Source: Stegostoma tigrinum
Lineage: Eukaryota
Direction of reading: 5' to 3'
DNA length: 64,000 nt
Assembly: GCF_030684315.1 (NCBI RefSeq)
Contig: NC_081363.1
Span: 49,170,312-49,234,311, forward strand
A program made the translations under genes and the position numbers. Below the pieces are notes generated by a model. That model worked only from the letters and a program-made list of their open reading frames with translations, did no database searches and had not been told where the DNA came from. Below are positions 39,471-51,544 of this stretch, one piece after another. How positions within the stretch are numbered: position 1 is the first letter of the stretch; every line of letters starts with the position of its first letter.

Positions 39471-41112
39471 TCAGAAATTTTTTAAGGAAACGGCATGCTT
39501 CTATTGTAACAAGACTTGTATTTTGTTAATATGTGTTCACTAACTTAGGGATACCTGGCTGATGAATGGTAGTAAGTGTCTTTACCACACTGCTCATGGC
39601 CAGGAGAAACAGGAGTGCACACTCCATTCCCAATGAGCTAGCCCTGTAACATCCACCCTACTCTACATCCAAAGTCTCCCTGATTCCCACAATGCCCCAC
39701 AATCTGTCTTCCCACTCCGACCTGCAACCTTCAGCAGCCACACTCTCTCCACAATCTGTCAGTTCCTTCCACCATTAGTGACCACTGCCAACAATTTGTA
39801 TCTTCCCGGCCTTGTAACATTCCCCATCATTACCATATCCTCTACCTGGTCCCATATTTGTGCTACAGCCTTTTGCATCACTGTCCATCAGGCTAGATTT
39901 CAAGTGAAATACTGTGGGAAAAAATGTTAACTCACACTGGTGTTAAACCTCCAGAGAGTTGACAAAACCTGAACTCAGAGATTTCCAGTCATACCAGCTG
40001 CTCAGTTGGTTGATTCCTTTTAGGAACAGAGAATGCAAAAGCACAAGAGTAAGCCCGAGAAGTGGAGGTGAGTAATTACAACAAGCCCAGCTCAGTGATG
40101 GAGAGGAGAATGTCATAGAGATAAACTTCCCACTTGGAAGCATGTGTGAGAACTACAGGCAGCTAGTGACAAAATTACAAATATTACATTTTTGACTTAA
40201 TTTCAACCACTGAACTATGAGAGCACTGAGTATAATGATAATCAGGATGCCAGAACCAATTCTTATCCCGATCTTTTGTCTTCAGGGGCTTCACTGTACA
40301 ACTGTCAATGAACATCCATATGGATGATCCTTAGTGGAAGCACAGTCACAGGATATACAGCAGTGCACTAATGCAAAGACCTGCACATCAGTCAACCCAA
40401 CATTTTCACTTAGTGATTCCGAATTGATGGATAAACTAAGAGCAGACACTTGTGACACAGCCTGCTGCAGAAATTCCTGGTTCAGAATGGGAGGAGAAAC
40501 CTTTGAAGCTCAACATAGCTGGGCAAAGATACTGAACTCCAAAGGCTATGGTGAAAGAGGATAACGTGACGAAGCTCAACAGCAACCTGCTAACAGATGT
40601 GCCATACACACAATAACAGAGAACAGAGGAATTAATCCGATTGGTAATTGATTGGTGGCACAGGGAGTTACCATGGGGAGGTTTAAGTGTGAGTTTCAAG
40701 TGCAACGATAAGAATTCACACCAGCCATTAGCACAGTTGTGCAGATTTTGGGATACAAATATAGTTAACCTTAAACAGAACGACAAATATCTTAACTGCG
40801 GGTTCACAATGTGGATATTGTTCTCCAGGAAATTACTGAGTTTTAGAATCCTAGGAATGATTTGGCACTCGCCCAAGAAACTGGAATTAGCAAACAAGGT
40901 CATAGAAGTCAGGATTCCTCCCAAAGCTCTCTGACACCTCACCATTTGCACCTCCATGTAATATCAGACATGCTGCCTTTTCTCCAAGTCTGCCATTGAA
41001 AAGATGGAGCGGTCTTTGGGGATCCCCTCCCAGGCTCCAAAACTACAGGGCATCCCTAAAAATTTGTCAGCAGTCGGGTATGGCTCTGCGCAGACTGAAG
41101 AAGTGTCACAAG

Positions 41113-41326
41113 CTAAAACAGCAACTGCTGGAGAAACTCAGCAGCTCTGACAGCGTCTGTGGAGACAGAAACAGAGTCAACATATTGAGTCCGATGACTG
41201 GTGAAAGACACTGGACTTGAAATGTTCACTCTGCTTTCTTCCCACCAATATCGCCAGACCTGCTGAGTTTACTCGCAATTTCTGTTTTTGTTTCAGATCC
41301 CCAGCATCCACAGTTCTTTGTTTTAT
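41113..41326. mobile_element. Palindromic Penelope-derived mini element (second family), old
   Basis: Arms aaaacagcaactgctggagaaactcagcag / ctgctgagtttactcgcaatttctgtttt and tail cagcatccacagttctttg, as at 32661. Confidence 0.7.
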
Positions 41327-41353
41327 GACAAAATGTCATGTTGTTCATTTTTT

Positions 41354-41853
41354 AGAACATAGAACATAGAAAAGTACAGCACAGTACGGGCCCTTCGGCC
41401 CACGATGTTGTGCCGTGGAATAATCCTAATCCAAAAATAAAATAACCTAACCTACATTCCCCTCAATTCACTGCTGTCCTTGTGCATGTCCAGCAGTCGC
41501 TTAAATGTCACTAATGACTCCGCTTCCACGACTACCACTGGTAAACTATTCCATGCACTCACAACTCTCTGGGTGAAGAACCTCCCTCTGACGTCTCCTC
41601 TATACCTTCCTCCTAACACCTTAAAACTATGACCCCTCGTGGCAGTCAATCCTGCCCTGGGGAAAAGTCTCTGGCTATCAACTCTATCCATGCCTCTCAT
41701 TACCTTGTACACCTTGATCAGGTCACCTCTCTTCCTCCTTCTCTCCAGAGAGAAAAGTCCGAGCTCAGTCAACCTCTCCTCGTAAGACAAGCCCTCCAGT
41801 CCAGGCAGCATCCTGATAAGCCTCCTTTGCACGCTCTCCAAAGCCTCCACATC
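41354..41853 (-). mobile_element. Young CR1 LINE 3' end
   Basis: Open ORF 41452-41850 (ALESVQRR..LFSLERRR.RGDLI..RGHSFKV..FFTQRVV.AWNSLP) and a (CTATGTT)n tail. Confidence 0.95.
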
Positions 41854-41855
41854 TT

Positions 41856-41972
41856 ATATCCAACTGAATCCGATAACCTCTGTACATCTACTCCACTGTG
41901 AATTCCCAGCCCTTTCAACACGTATACTACAACTTCAGTTGCCACATTTCCAGATTCAGCTTGTGCAAAGGT
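41856..41972 (-). pseudogene. HMGCL: Processed-pseudogene fragment of HMG-CoA lyase (HMGCL/HMGCLL1 family)
   Basis: TFAQAESGNVATEVVVYVLKGLGIHSGVDVQRL versus recalled human HMGCL [33 protein letters not shown]: about half identical, gapless. Confidence 0.8.
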
Positions 41973-42309
41973 GTTGACGAGACTTATGGGCATTGCTTTC
42001 ATTGCCTCATTCCTTACTGCCCTGAAGGAGCTGGTATTGAGTTTCTTTCTTGAACTACATTTGCTGCCACGGTATTTAGATGGCTGGCCCAATTAGAATG
42101 GGCAATGAATGCTGGTCTACTTAGTGTAGACCACATGCTATGAATGAATTAAAAGAAGTTGTTTCTGGTCAATTGTATCTCAAGGATGTTGACAGTGGGG
42201 TCCTCACCACTTGTAATACTACTGAATGTCAATGGGTGTTGGTTAAATTCTCTTGTTTCAGATGATAATTGTCTGACGGTTGTGTAGCATGAATGCCACT
42301 TGTGTAATG

Positions 42310-42540
42310 GAAAGACGTGATCATGTACAAAAAATGACAATCGCTGTTATTGCAACAACTCTCAAGGCACCTCCCTGTTGAGTATCACAGGCAAAATATT
42401 TATTGAACTGCTCTTGTTGGATTGCAAATTCTGATTGTAAATGTCTATCCTGAATCCTAGTGTAGTTTCAGAAATGGAAGATCTACAAATGGTGTGATCT
42501 TCTCAGACTATTGGCTGCAGGAGAAATACTATGAATAATG
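42310..42540 (+). mobile_element. RTE-clade LINE RT fragment
   Basis: CNNSQGTSLLSITGKIF...VYPES*CSFRNGRST..VIFS matches the RTE pattern CxNYRGISLLS..GK..PESQCGFR.GRST.DMIF. Confidence 0.8.
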
Positions 42541-42692
42541 GAGACCACAAAGGAGGCCTTCTGTCCATTTGACCCAAGAATTTAACCAGCGTTTGGTTTT
42601 CAGAAGTTGTTGCCATGCATGAACTTTGAAGGATCACGCAGAAGAAAACAATATTGGAGGGAATGCAACAATCAAGTGCATAAGCAGAAGCA

Positions 42693-42875
42693 CAGGAATT
42701 TCTGCTATAACGCTTGTTTCATTAACTCAAATTGGTCGCAATGTGATTGATGAATAGTAGACGCTGTTTGGATAACACAAACTTTCTTTCCTATAACACG
42801 ATTTTTTATAGCATGACTTTCTATTGCGTGAAGTCACATAAGAACACAACTATCATGTTATAAGAGAAATACCTG
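42693..42875. mobile_element. MITE, Tc1/mariner-pogo (Tigger)-like
   Basis: 19-bp TIRs CAGGAATTTCTGCTATAAC / GTTATAAGAGAAATACCTG (16/19), followed by TA on the right. Confidence 0.7.
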
Positions 42876-45214
42876 TAGTCTATTTCAGTACATGTAGAAA
42901 ACTGGCTACCTGCTGAACGTGAGCATGCAATGGACATACATCTGGATGAAGGACCATTTCCTACAAGGAGGGGAGTAGATGGTGGGGAGGGTGGTGAGTG
43001 TAGACTCAGGAATTTTACTTGCAGCTTGTACCTGTTAGAGTCACCATTGGCTGAAGCTTTGAACTAATACTGTATTTCTGTCATCCTGACCCATAATGAG
43101 TGTGATATGCCCAATGTTGCCGGCTCATCCTCATATTCCCACTCGCCCAACCCCCCCATCCCAATGTTCTCCTGATCTCAAAATGAAACGAGAAATTTTG
43201 TGCTCTTCCACCTGCTTTCCTCTCTGGCGTGTAGGACATAGCACACCACTGTAATTCTGGACACCCTTGCTGGGAAATACTGTTAGGTATCTCAGGGAAA
43301 AGAATTAAGGGCAGTGGTTATTTCCAACATGTTTAGCAGATCCAGTCTTCTTCCTGAATGCTGTAGATAACTCTGACCACTGAACATTTACAACCGCATG
43401 ACATGACAGTGACAGCGTCAGCCTATGGAAGCACTGCCCTTCTGAAAGGGAAATAATGGAGTTGGATTTTATTCAAAAACTTGCCAAGTTCTGCAAAGTC
43501 TGTATTGTGGCAAGAATTCACTGCTCAGTATTTGTCAGAAGGAACCGACAAAGCAGCTGTAAAAATTGAGCATATTTTAAATTTGGATTATCTGAAGTTA
43601 ATAGACCCCCATGAATTGCACCTGCAAGTCAACTTGGTTTCACTGTTCACTTTCCCAAACTTTGGAGACCCATGCTGGAAGTAATAATCCAAAGAAGATT
43701 TAGATTCCTGACGAAAGGGCCTCATTTGCATTCAATTATCCCTGTAAATGTATGAATTTCTCACTGCTTACACTAAATAGATTGCAGCTACTCCCGTGAA
43801 CAGATTGTTTGCACAAACACAGCCAAATGCACCTGAGTAAAACCTGGAGGTTAATGCATTGTTGCAGTCTGAACACTATTATTCTTCTACAAAGAACTAT
43901 GTACCCGAGCCATTGTACCCAAGTCCAAAACACCAATTAAATTCCCCACCACTGATCAAATATGTTCAGCACTGAAGGCAAGAATACTATCACTGAGTAA
44001 AATTGACATAATGGTTTGAATGACAGACATTTTGACTGTTGGCATCAAAATGGTGATGGCATCACTTTACACAAGAAGATACAGCAAGCCAGAAAAGCAC
44101 AACAAGATAGCAAATTTATTTAGTACACAGAATGAGTACACCTGTAATACAATAAATGTAATATATCTTTATTTTTAAAAATGCATTGTCAAAAATCCCG
44201 AGTATGTCAACTTACTAACCATTGTTTCATGAAGACAACCATTTCCCTCAGTATTTTATCATATGAATGCTCTACTTTAGTGGACCCAAAAGAAAATCCC
44301 CACCTGGAACACAAAGTAAGATGCCTGACAAATCAATAAAAATTTGCAACAAATATATGCCTTGTTTACTCAAACACATTGTAATTCCACATTTATAATT
44401 CCACACACAAGTTGCCACAATAGCCGTTTCTTTATACAGAAACAGATTTCATCTTATGTGCTTTACAAACAGGACTGTCCAAGCAATATCCACTACCAAG
44501 CTAAAAGCAAACCAACTGAATTATGAAAAGACACACAATCAATAAAGGGATCCAGATCAGCAACTACATTGCACTCAAGCTTAGAAATTGCAGCTTTCTA
44601 TCATTGAGAATATATCAACATTCAGACGAAGACAAATATGAGAATTCTCTTCAAATTTCAATGAAGGGCATACTATATAGAAATTGAAGTAAAGTAGAAA
44701 GTAAGCATGAGTTATGTTTACCTATAGTGCACACAGATAGGATTGTTTATTTCAAAATCAAAGGCACAATAATTTCTTCCTGAGCATTTGCTGAGAATGT
44801 GTAGCTGTGTTATCTACAATTACAGATGCCTTGTCGGAAAGCCCTAAGGAATCATCGTAATTATCTCATTATTTATAGAAATTACATTGGATATTGATAT
44901 TTGTAGCCTATCTTCTGAATGTTTCCTGACAAAAGTTGCAAAGTGGAGGTTGTTCAGCTCTGCTGATTCAGGAGGGAGACTCGATTTTTTTTGTATTATA
45001 CCTCGAAAGAATATAAATGTTATAAGACCAAACATTGATCCCAATGAACAAGCCCCATTACGCTCCCAGGGGGAGCACAGATGCATTTCTCAGAACAATG
45101 CCAAGGAATTCTGAAATTTACTTTTTAATACCCATCTTTCCTGCCCTAATAGGCCGATTGTGCCATGAAACTTCCATTGATTTACCTGCGCTACCAATAT
45201 AATGTCCCACCAGT

Positions 45215-46163
45215 AGCAAACTATTATAAAATTGGTGGCATTGTAGACAGGGAGGAAGATTTTCGGAGATTAAAATGGGATTTTGATCAAATGGATGAAT
45301 GAGCCGAAAAATGGCAGATGGAGTTCAATCTGGATAAATGCAGGGTATTGCATTTTGGTACGAGAAACAAGAGTAGGGCTTATACAATTAATGGTAGAGC
45401 CTTGGGTAGTGTTGTGCAACAGAAGGACCTGGGGTGCAGGTATATATTTCTTTAAAATTTGCATCACATATAGACAGGATGGTTAAAAAGGCATTTGGTA
45501 CACTTGCCTCCATTGCTCTGTCCTTTGAATATAGGAGTTGGGACATTCTTTTGAGGTTGTATGGGACATTGGTGAGGCCTCTTCTGGGGTACTGTGTGCA
45601 GTTCTGGTCGCCCAGTTATAGATTAGATTCCCTACAGAGTGGAAACAGGCACTTCGGCCCAACAAGTCCACCCCACCCCTTGAAGCATCCCACCCAGACC
45701 CATCCCCCTATAACCCATACGCCCCTGAACACTACGGCAATTTAGCATGGCCAATCCACCTACCCTGCACATCTTTGGACTGTGGGAGGAAACACGGAAC
45801 ACCTGGAAGAAACCCACACAGACACAGGGAGAATGTGCAAACTCCACACAGACAGTCGTCCGAGGCTGCAATTGAACCCGGGTCCCTGGAGCTGTGAGGC
45901 TGCAGTGCTAACCACTGAGCCACTGTGCTGCTCTTGGATGGATATTATCAAGCTGGGGAGGGGTCAGAAGAAATTTACCAGGATGTTGCCAGGTATAGAA
46001 GATTTGAGTTATAAAAGAAGGCTGGATACGCTGAGACTTCTTTCACTGAAGCATAGGAGGTTAAGATGACCTGATAGAAGTCCTTAAAATAATGAAAGGT
46101 ACAGATAGAGTCAATGGTAGTTGTCTTTACCCTAAAATCGGGTATTTAGAAACTGGATCCACA
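45215..46163 (+). mobile_element. CR1 LINE fragment split by an HE1 SINE and truncated at the Penelope/Tx1 complex
   Basis: LY.TLVRPLLGYCVQFWSPSY [SINE] DIIKL.R.QKKFTRMLPG..LSYK.RLD.L.LLSL. Confidence 0.88.
45621..45932 (-). mobile_element. HE1-type V-SINE
   Basis: Minus strand gtggctcagtggttagcactg...gggttcaattgc...gtggagtttgcacattctcc; same family as 12724. Confidence 0.9.
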
Positions 46164-46221
46164 TTCTGGATGTGAGTTTGCTCGCTGAGCTGGAAGGTTC
46201 GTTTTCAGACGTTTCGTCACC
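46164..46221 (-). mobile_element. Penelope element 3' terminal piece (downstream half of the interrupted hammerhead)
   Basis: Minus strand GGTGACGAAACGTCtgaaaacgaaccttccagctcagcgagcaaactcacatccagaa directly follows the Tx1 poly(A). Confidence 0.8.
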
Positions 46222-46499
46222 TTTTTTTTATTTGAAAAAATACACTTTATTCATAAGATGTACAAAAAATAAAACATATTTATGCACCTATCCAGTCATG
46301 CAAGCCGCTCTGGGTTACCCAGGGGGTATGTACACCAACTAAAAGGAAAAAAACAAACAAAGAAGAAAAAAAAGCAAAAAAAATACTCCGGCAGTCGTCT
46401 CCCCGCACAGTCCCAGTTGGCCCCCTGACCAGTTGGGGAAGGCGCCAGCTGGGCCCAGTTACCAGATAGGGCCCTTTTTTCTATTATGGACGAGGGGTT

Positions 46500-49400
46500 T
46501 CATACCGTGGTCTTTCCCCACCGCGCCTTGGCAGCGGCTGCCCCAAGTGTTAGCGCGTCCCTCAGCACGTAGTCCTGGACCTTGGAGTGCGCCAGTCTGC
46601 AACATTCGGTCGGGGTCAGTTCTTTAGCTGGCAGACCAGCAAGTGGCGGGCAGACCAAAGAGCGTCTTTCACCGCATTGATGGTCCTCCAGGCGCAGTTG
46701 ATGTTGGTCTCGGTGTGCGTCCCGGGAAACAGCCCATAGAGCACGGAGTCCCGCGTCACGGAGCTGCTCGGGACGAACCTCGACAAATACCACTGCATCC
46801 CCCTCCAGACCTCCTGTGCATAGGCACACTCCAGAAGGAGGTGATCAACAGTCTCGTCCCCCCCGCAGCCACCTCGAGGGCAGCGTGCGGTGGCCCAGAG
46901 ATTCCGGGCATGCATAAAGGATCTCACTGGCAGAGCCCCTCTCACCGCCAGCCAAGCAATGTCCTTGTGCTTGTTTGAAAGTTCTGGCGATGAGGCATTC
47001 TGCCAAATGACTTTGGCAGTCTGTGTGGGGAACCACACGACGGGATCCACCCTCTCCTTTCCCCAAAGGGTCCCGAGGATACTACGTGCTGACCACTGCC
47101 TGACAGCCTTGTGGTCAAAAGGTGTTGCCTTTCAAAAATTTCTCCACGAAGGACAGGTGGTACGGAATGGTCCAACTACTCGGAGCGTTCCGCGGCAACG
47201 AGGCCAGGCCCATCCTTCGCAACACCGGGGACAGGTAGAACCTCAGTAAGTAGTGACACTTGGTGTTTGCGTACTGAGGATCTACGCACAGCTTGATGCA
47301 GCCGCACACAAAGGTAGCCATCAGGGCGAGGGTGGCGTTCGGTATGCCCTTTCCCCCATTTTCCAGGTCTTTGTACATGGTGTCCCTGCGGACCCGGTCC
47401 ATCCTCGACCCCCAAATGAAGTGGAAGATGGCCCGGGTGACCGCAGCGGCGCAGGTCCAGGGAATAGGCCAGGCCTGCGCCACATACAATAGTACCGAAA
47501 GCCCCTCGCACCTGACAACCAGGTTCTTACCCGCGATGGAGAGGGACTGCAGCGTCCAGCTGCCCAGCTTCTGCTTCAATTTGGTGAGATGCTCCTCCCA
47601 AGTCTTAGTGCACGTCCCGGCTCCACCGAACCAAACACCCAGCACCTTCAGGTAGTCTGTCCTGACGGTGAAGGGGATGAAGGAGCGGTCGTCCCAGTTC
47701 CCGAAGAACGTGACCTCGCTCTTACCCCTATTGACTTTGGCACCCGAGGCCAGTTCAAACTGGCCGCAGATGTCCAACAGCCTACTCACCGACCGACGAT
47801 CGGTGCAGAAGACGGCGACGTCGTCCATGTACAGGGAGGTCTTGACCTGAAGGCCTCCGCTGCCTGGGATAGTCACGCCCTTCAGGCTCACATCCTTCCT
47901 GATGGATGCGGCAAAGGGCTCCACACAGCACATGAACAAGGCAGGAGAGAGCGGGCAGCCCTGCCTGACTCCAGATCCGACAGGAAAACTGTCCGATTCC
48001 CACCCGATGATCGAGACTGCGCAAACAATGTTGGTGTAGACCAGCCGGATCCAATTGCGGATGACCTCCCCGAACCCCAATTTGGAGAGGACGTCCCTCA
48101 TGTAAGCATGAAAGACCCTGTCGAAGGCCTTCTCCTGGTCCAGGCTGACGAGGCAGGTGTTCACCCGCCTGTCCTGTACGTAGGCGATCGTATCCCTGAT
48201 GAGCGCGAAGCTCTCAGCGATCTTCCTGCTCGGCACAGCACAGGTTTGGTCAGGGTGAATCACTGACTCCAGGACAGACCTGACCCGGTTGGCTATGACC
48301 TTGGCCAGGATTTTGTAGCCCACGTTCAATAGTGAAATGGGACGCCAATTCTTAATTTCTTCCCTCTCCCCCTTCCTCTTGTAAAGGAGGGTGATGATGC
48401 CCTTCCTCATGGACTTGCACATTTCCCCTGCCTGAAGCGCACTATCGTACACCTCCAGCAGGTCCTGGCCGACCAGGTCCCACAGAGCGGAATATAGCTT
48501 GACCGGTAAGCCGTCGCTCCTGGGAGTCCTATTCCTCTCCAAGGACTTGAGGGCTCTGGTCAACTCGTCCAGGGATATCGGTCAGTCCAGCCACTCCCTC
48601 GTGCTGTTGTCTAAGACCTCCGTGATAGACGACAGGAACGACTCGGAGGCCGTGCTGTCCGTGGGCTTCGTGTCGTACAGTCCGGCATAGAAGGACCTGC
48701 TGATCCTCAAAATGTCGGGCCGAAACGACGTCACCGAGCCGTCGTCCTCCTTCAGCCGGCTAAGCACAGAGCTCTCTTTGTGCACCTTCTGAAAGAAGAA
48801 GCACGAGCACGTCTTGTCCTGCTCCACGGAGCGGACCCTGGACCGGAAGATTATCCTGGAGGCCTCCGCAGCGAAGAGCGAGGCTTGCTGGCCCCTCACC
48901 TCACAGAGGTCCTCCGTGACATCGACCCCCATCAACTGCAGAAGGAGCAGGTTCTGCACCCTTTTCTGGAGTCGCGACAGCTTTCCCCGGCTCTCTCTCG
49001 CCTTCCGAACACCCTTGAAGACAAAGAACCTCTTGATGTTCTCCTTCACCGTCTCCCACCAGTCGCCTGGAGACTCAAAGAGGGGTTTCACGGTTCTCCA
49101 ACCGGCGTACACCCTCTTAAGCTCCTCGACGTTCTCTGGGGTCAACAGAGTCGTGTTGAGCTTCCACGTCCCCTTGCCGGCCGGCTGGTCATCCTGTAAG
49201 TGACAGTCGGCCAGCAGGAAGCAGTGGTCAGAGAAGATCAGCGGCTGGACGCCGTGGACCTGACTGAGAACGTCCGTGACACAAACAGGAAGTCTATCCT
49301 TGAGCGAATAGACCCGTCTGGTCGCGACCAGGTGTACCTCCGCTGCGCTCCGTCTGCAGGGGTGCTGAAGACGTCGAGCAGCTTGGCATCCTTCAGCGTG

Positions 49401-49908
49401 CCGATCAGGAATCTGGACGTGATGTCCAGTTGACTCCCCCCCGCACCCGCTGTCCCCATGCCGGATCTTGAAGTTGAAGTCTCCGCCTAGGATGACCGGC
49501 CTGGACGTAGCCAGCAGGGGTGGAAGCCGCTGCAGGACGGCTAACCGCTCACTCCGTACCGCTGGGGCGTACACGTTGATCAGCCTCAGGGGAGCGTTCC
49601 TGTAGGTGACATTAGCCACTAGGAGGCGCCCCCCCCCCCACCACCTCCTGAACTTGAGAGATGGTGAAGTTGTGCCCCCGCAGCAGAATAGCCAGGCCCG
49701 AGAAGCGACAGTCGTTATCCCCCAACCAGATCGAAGGCCCACAGGTCCAGGCGCCGGACCATTTTCCGTACCTGCCGAGGTACGGTATCACGCACTCCTA
49801 CAGAAACAGGAGGTCCGCCTTGATGGTGGTCAGGTAGGCCAACGTGGATACACATCTCGCGGTGGACCTGACGCTGCGCACATTAATGCTCACAACTCGT
49901 ACCCCCAT
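46500..49908 (-). pseudogene. Tx1 ORF2 (APE endonuclease, reverse transcriptase, C-terminal zinc finger), disrupted
   Basis: ATG at 49908, MGVRVVSINVR..LLFL*EC; INVYAP, LGGDFN, SRIDF, SDH; NWRPISLLN, LDQEKAFDRV, GVRQGCPLSP, YMDD; CPRGGCGGDETVDHLLLEC. Several frameshifts and stops. Confidence 0.92.
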
Positions 49909-51358
49909 TGTGGGCAGTGACCGCAGTACCCTCCCCGAGTCCAAGGTCCAGCCCCTCCATCTGTCCCTTCATGCCTGTTTCCCGGGCTAACTGCTGGACG
50001 CTCTCCGGGCTCAGGAAACCGTCTGTGCTGCCTTCCGGGTGGCATCCCTCCGTCGGGGGTAAGGAGGCAGGAGAGTCCGGCTCTGGGTCAGGCTGGGGAC
50101 ACACTGTTTCCTCCTTCCCACCTGGAAGTTCTGGGGGGCCCTCCAGTGCCCCAGCAGCACTTGACTGGGTGTCGGCAGGAGCCTCAGGACACCTCCCGTC
50201 ACCTGGAAGCGGGGTGCTGCTTTCCTTCTCCCTTGAGATCATTAACTTCTGCTTCGGGCGGGACATCTCCAAATCCCCCTCGTCAGAGGAGCTCTTATAG
50301 CCCCCCTGTAGCTGCCTCTTCCTGCCTGATGGTTGCGGTTCCTGGGCCCACCAACGCACCTTCCTCCTCGCTTTCCGGACCGTCGTCCACTCCCCTGGGT
50401 CGCCTGTCGCCGCCTCCATCGACTCCGGGTTGTCGGGGTGGGGGGGAGCGGAGCCTGCAGGGGCGCTTTGCTGGCCTCGGGCCCATCCTGTGGGGCTGGG
50501 CCCTCCTGCACGACCTGGCCCTCCTGCTCATTAGTGGGGTCCCTGCTGGGCTCTGGTGCCTTCCTCTCCTCCGGGGGGGCTGGCCCTGCATTGCCCCTGC
50601 CGGCGACCTGGGCGTAGGTGGTCCCCCGCCGCGAGCATGCCCTATAGAGGTGGCCCGCTTCCCCGCAAAGGTTGCAGCTTTTCTCTTGTGGGCAATCCTT
50701 TGCAAGGTGTCCCTCCTCCCCGCAGTTCCTGTAGATGGTGGCTTTGCAGTCGGCCGCCACGTGACCTGACCTACCGCAGGCATGGCAGACTTTAGGTTGC
50801 CCTGCATAGGTCAGGTAGCCCTTGCTCCCGCCGATCGCGAAGCTGGACAGTGGGTGTACGACGTTCCCGTCCGCGCCCATCCTCAGCGTCACCTTGACCT
50901 GCCTCTTACTGGTCCAGATGCCAAAGGGGTCCCCATGATGTCAGTTAGGTCCCCTTCCACCTTTATGTACCTTCCAAGGAAGGTCAGGACATCAACTGCT
51001 GCTGGCACATGCGGGTTGTACTGTGTACAGTCACCATACGGCTCCTCTGTGCTGGCATCACAAACAGCGGGACAGCGGTCAATACAGAGAGGGGGCTCTC
51101 ACCTCCTTTCTCCTTGGAAACCTCCAGGAAGCGCTCGCAAAGCTTGGCATGCCTGAAGGTCACATCGTAAAAACCTCCTCCGGGGAAATCCTGCAGGCAG
51201 TAAATGTCCGCAGCAGCGAACCCACAACAGTCCAACAGGACCCTCTTCACGAAGAGGACGCGGCCCACAGGTGCACCTTCATCCACCTTCTTCGGGGAAA
51301 CACAGATGGTGTTCCGGACCCCCTGACCTGGGGCACGAGCACTTGCCACAGCCATCAT
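49883..51358 (-). pseudogene. Tx1 ORF1 (ZCCHC3-like gag with three CCHC knuckles), frameshifted
   Basis: MMAVASARAPGQGVRNT..IYCLQDFPGGGFYDVTF; YAGQPKVCHACGRSGHVAADC, (Y)RNCGEEGHLAKDC, CNLCGEAGHLYRAC; low-complexity C-terminus. Confidence 0.88.
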
Positions 51359-51544
51359 TGCAAGTTGGCTGCTCCCCTGATCCAGCGTTAGGCCGAAGCC
51401 AGCATTAAGATCCACCGGTTGCAAGGTTGCACAGCCAACCCGACATCTTCCTTTCACCTCCAACACAGCGCTCTCCTCCTCTTGGTTCACAAGAGAGTGG
51501 GTCTTTATTTTGTTCCAGATGTAAGCTGGTTCACTGAGCTTGAA

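Noticed and set aside
40436-40957. 173-aa minus-strand ORF
   Set aside because: No recognisable domain or HMGCL continuation; likely a chance ORF in decayed repeat sequence.
41769-42092. Functional HMGCL exon or 107-aa gene
   Set aside because: No splice signals at the homology boundaries, the catalytic GCPY motif is missing, the conserved ATED is changed, and the ORF runs out of frame into CR1.
46433-51391. Many plus-strand and alternative-frame ORFs (up to 225 aa) within the Tx1 element
   Set aside because: Shadow ORFs expected in GC-rich coding sequence; no recognisable domains.
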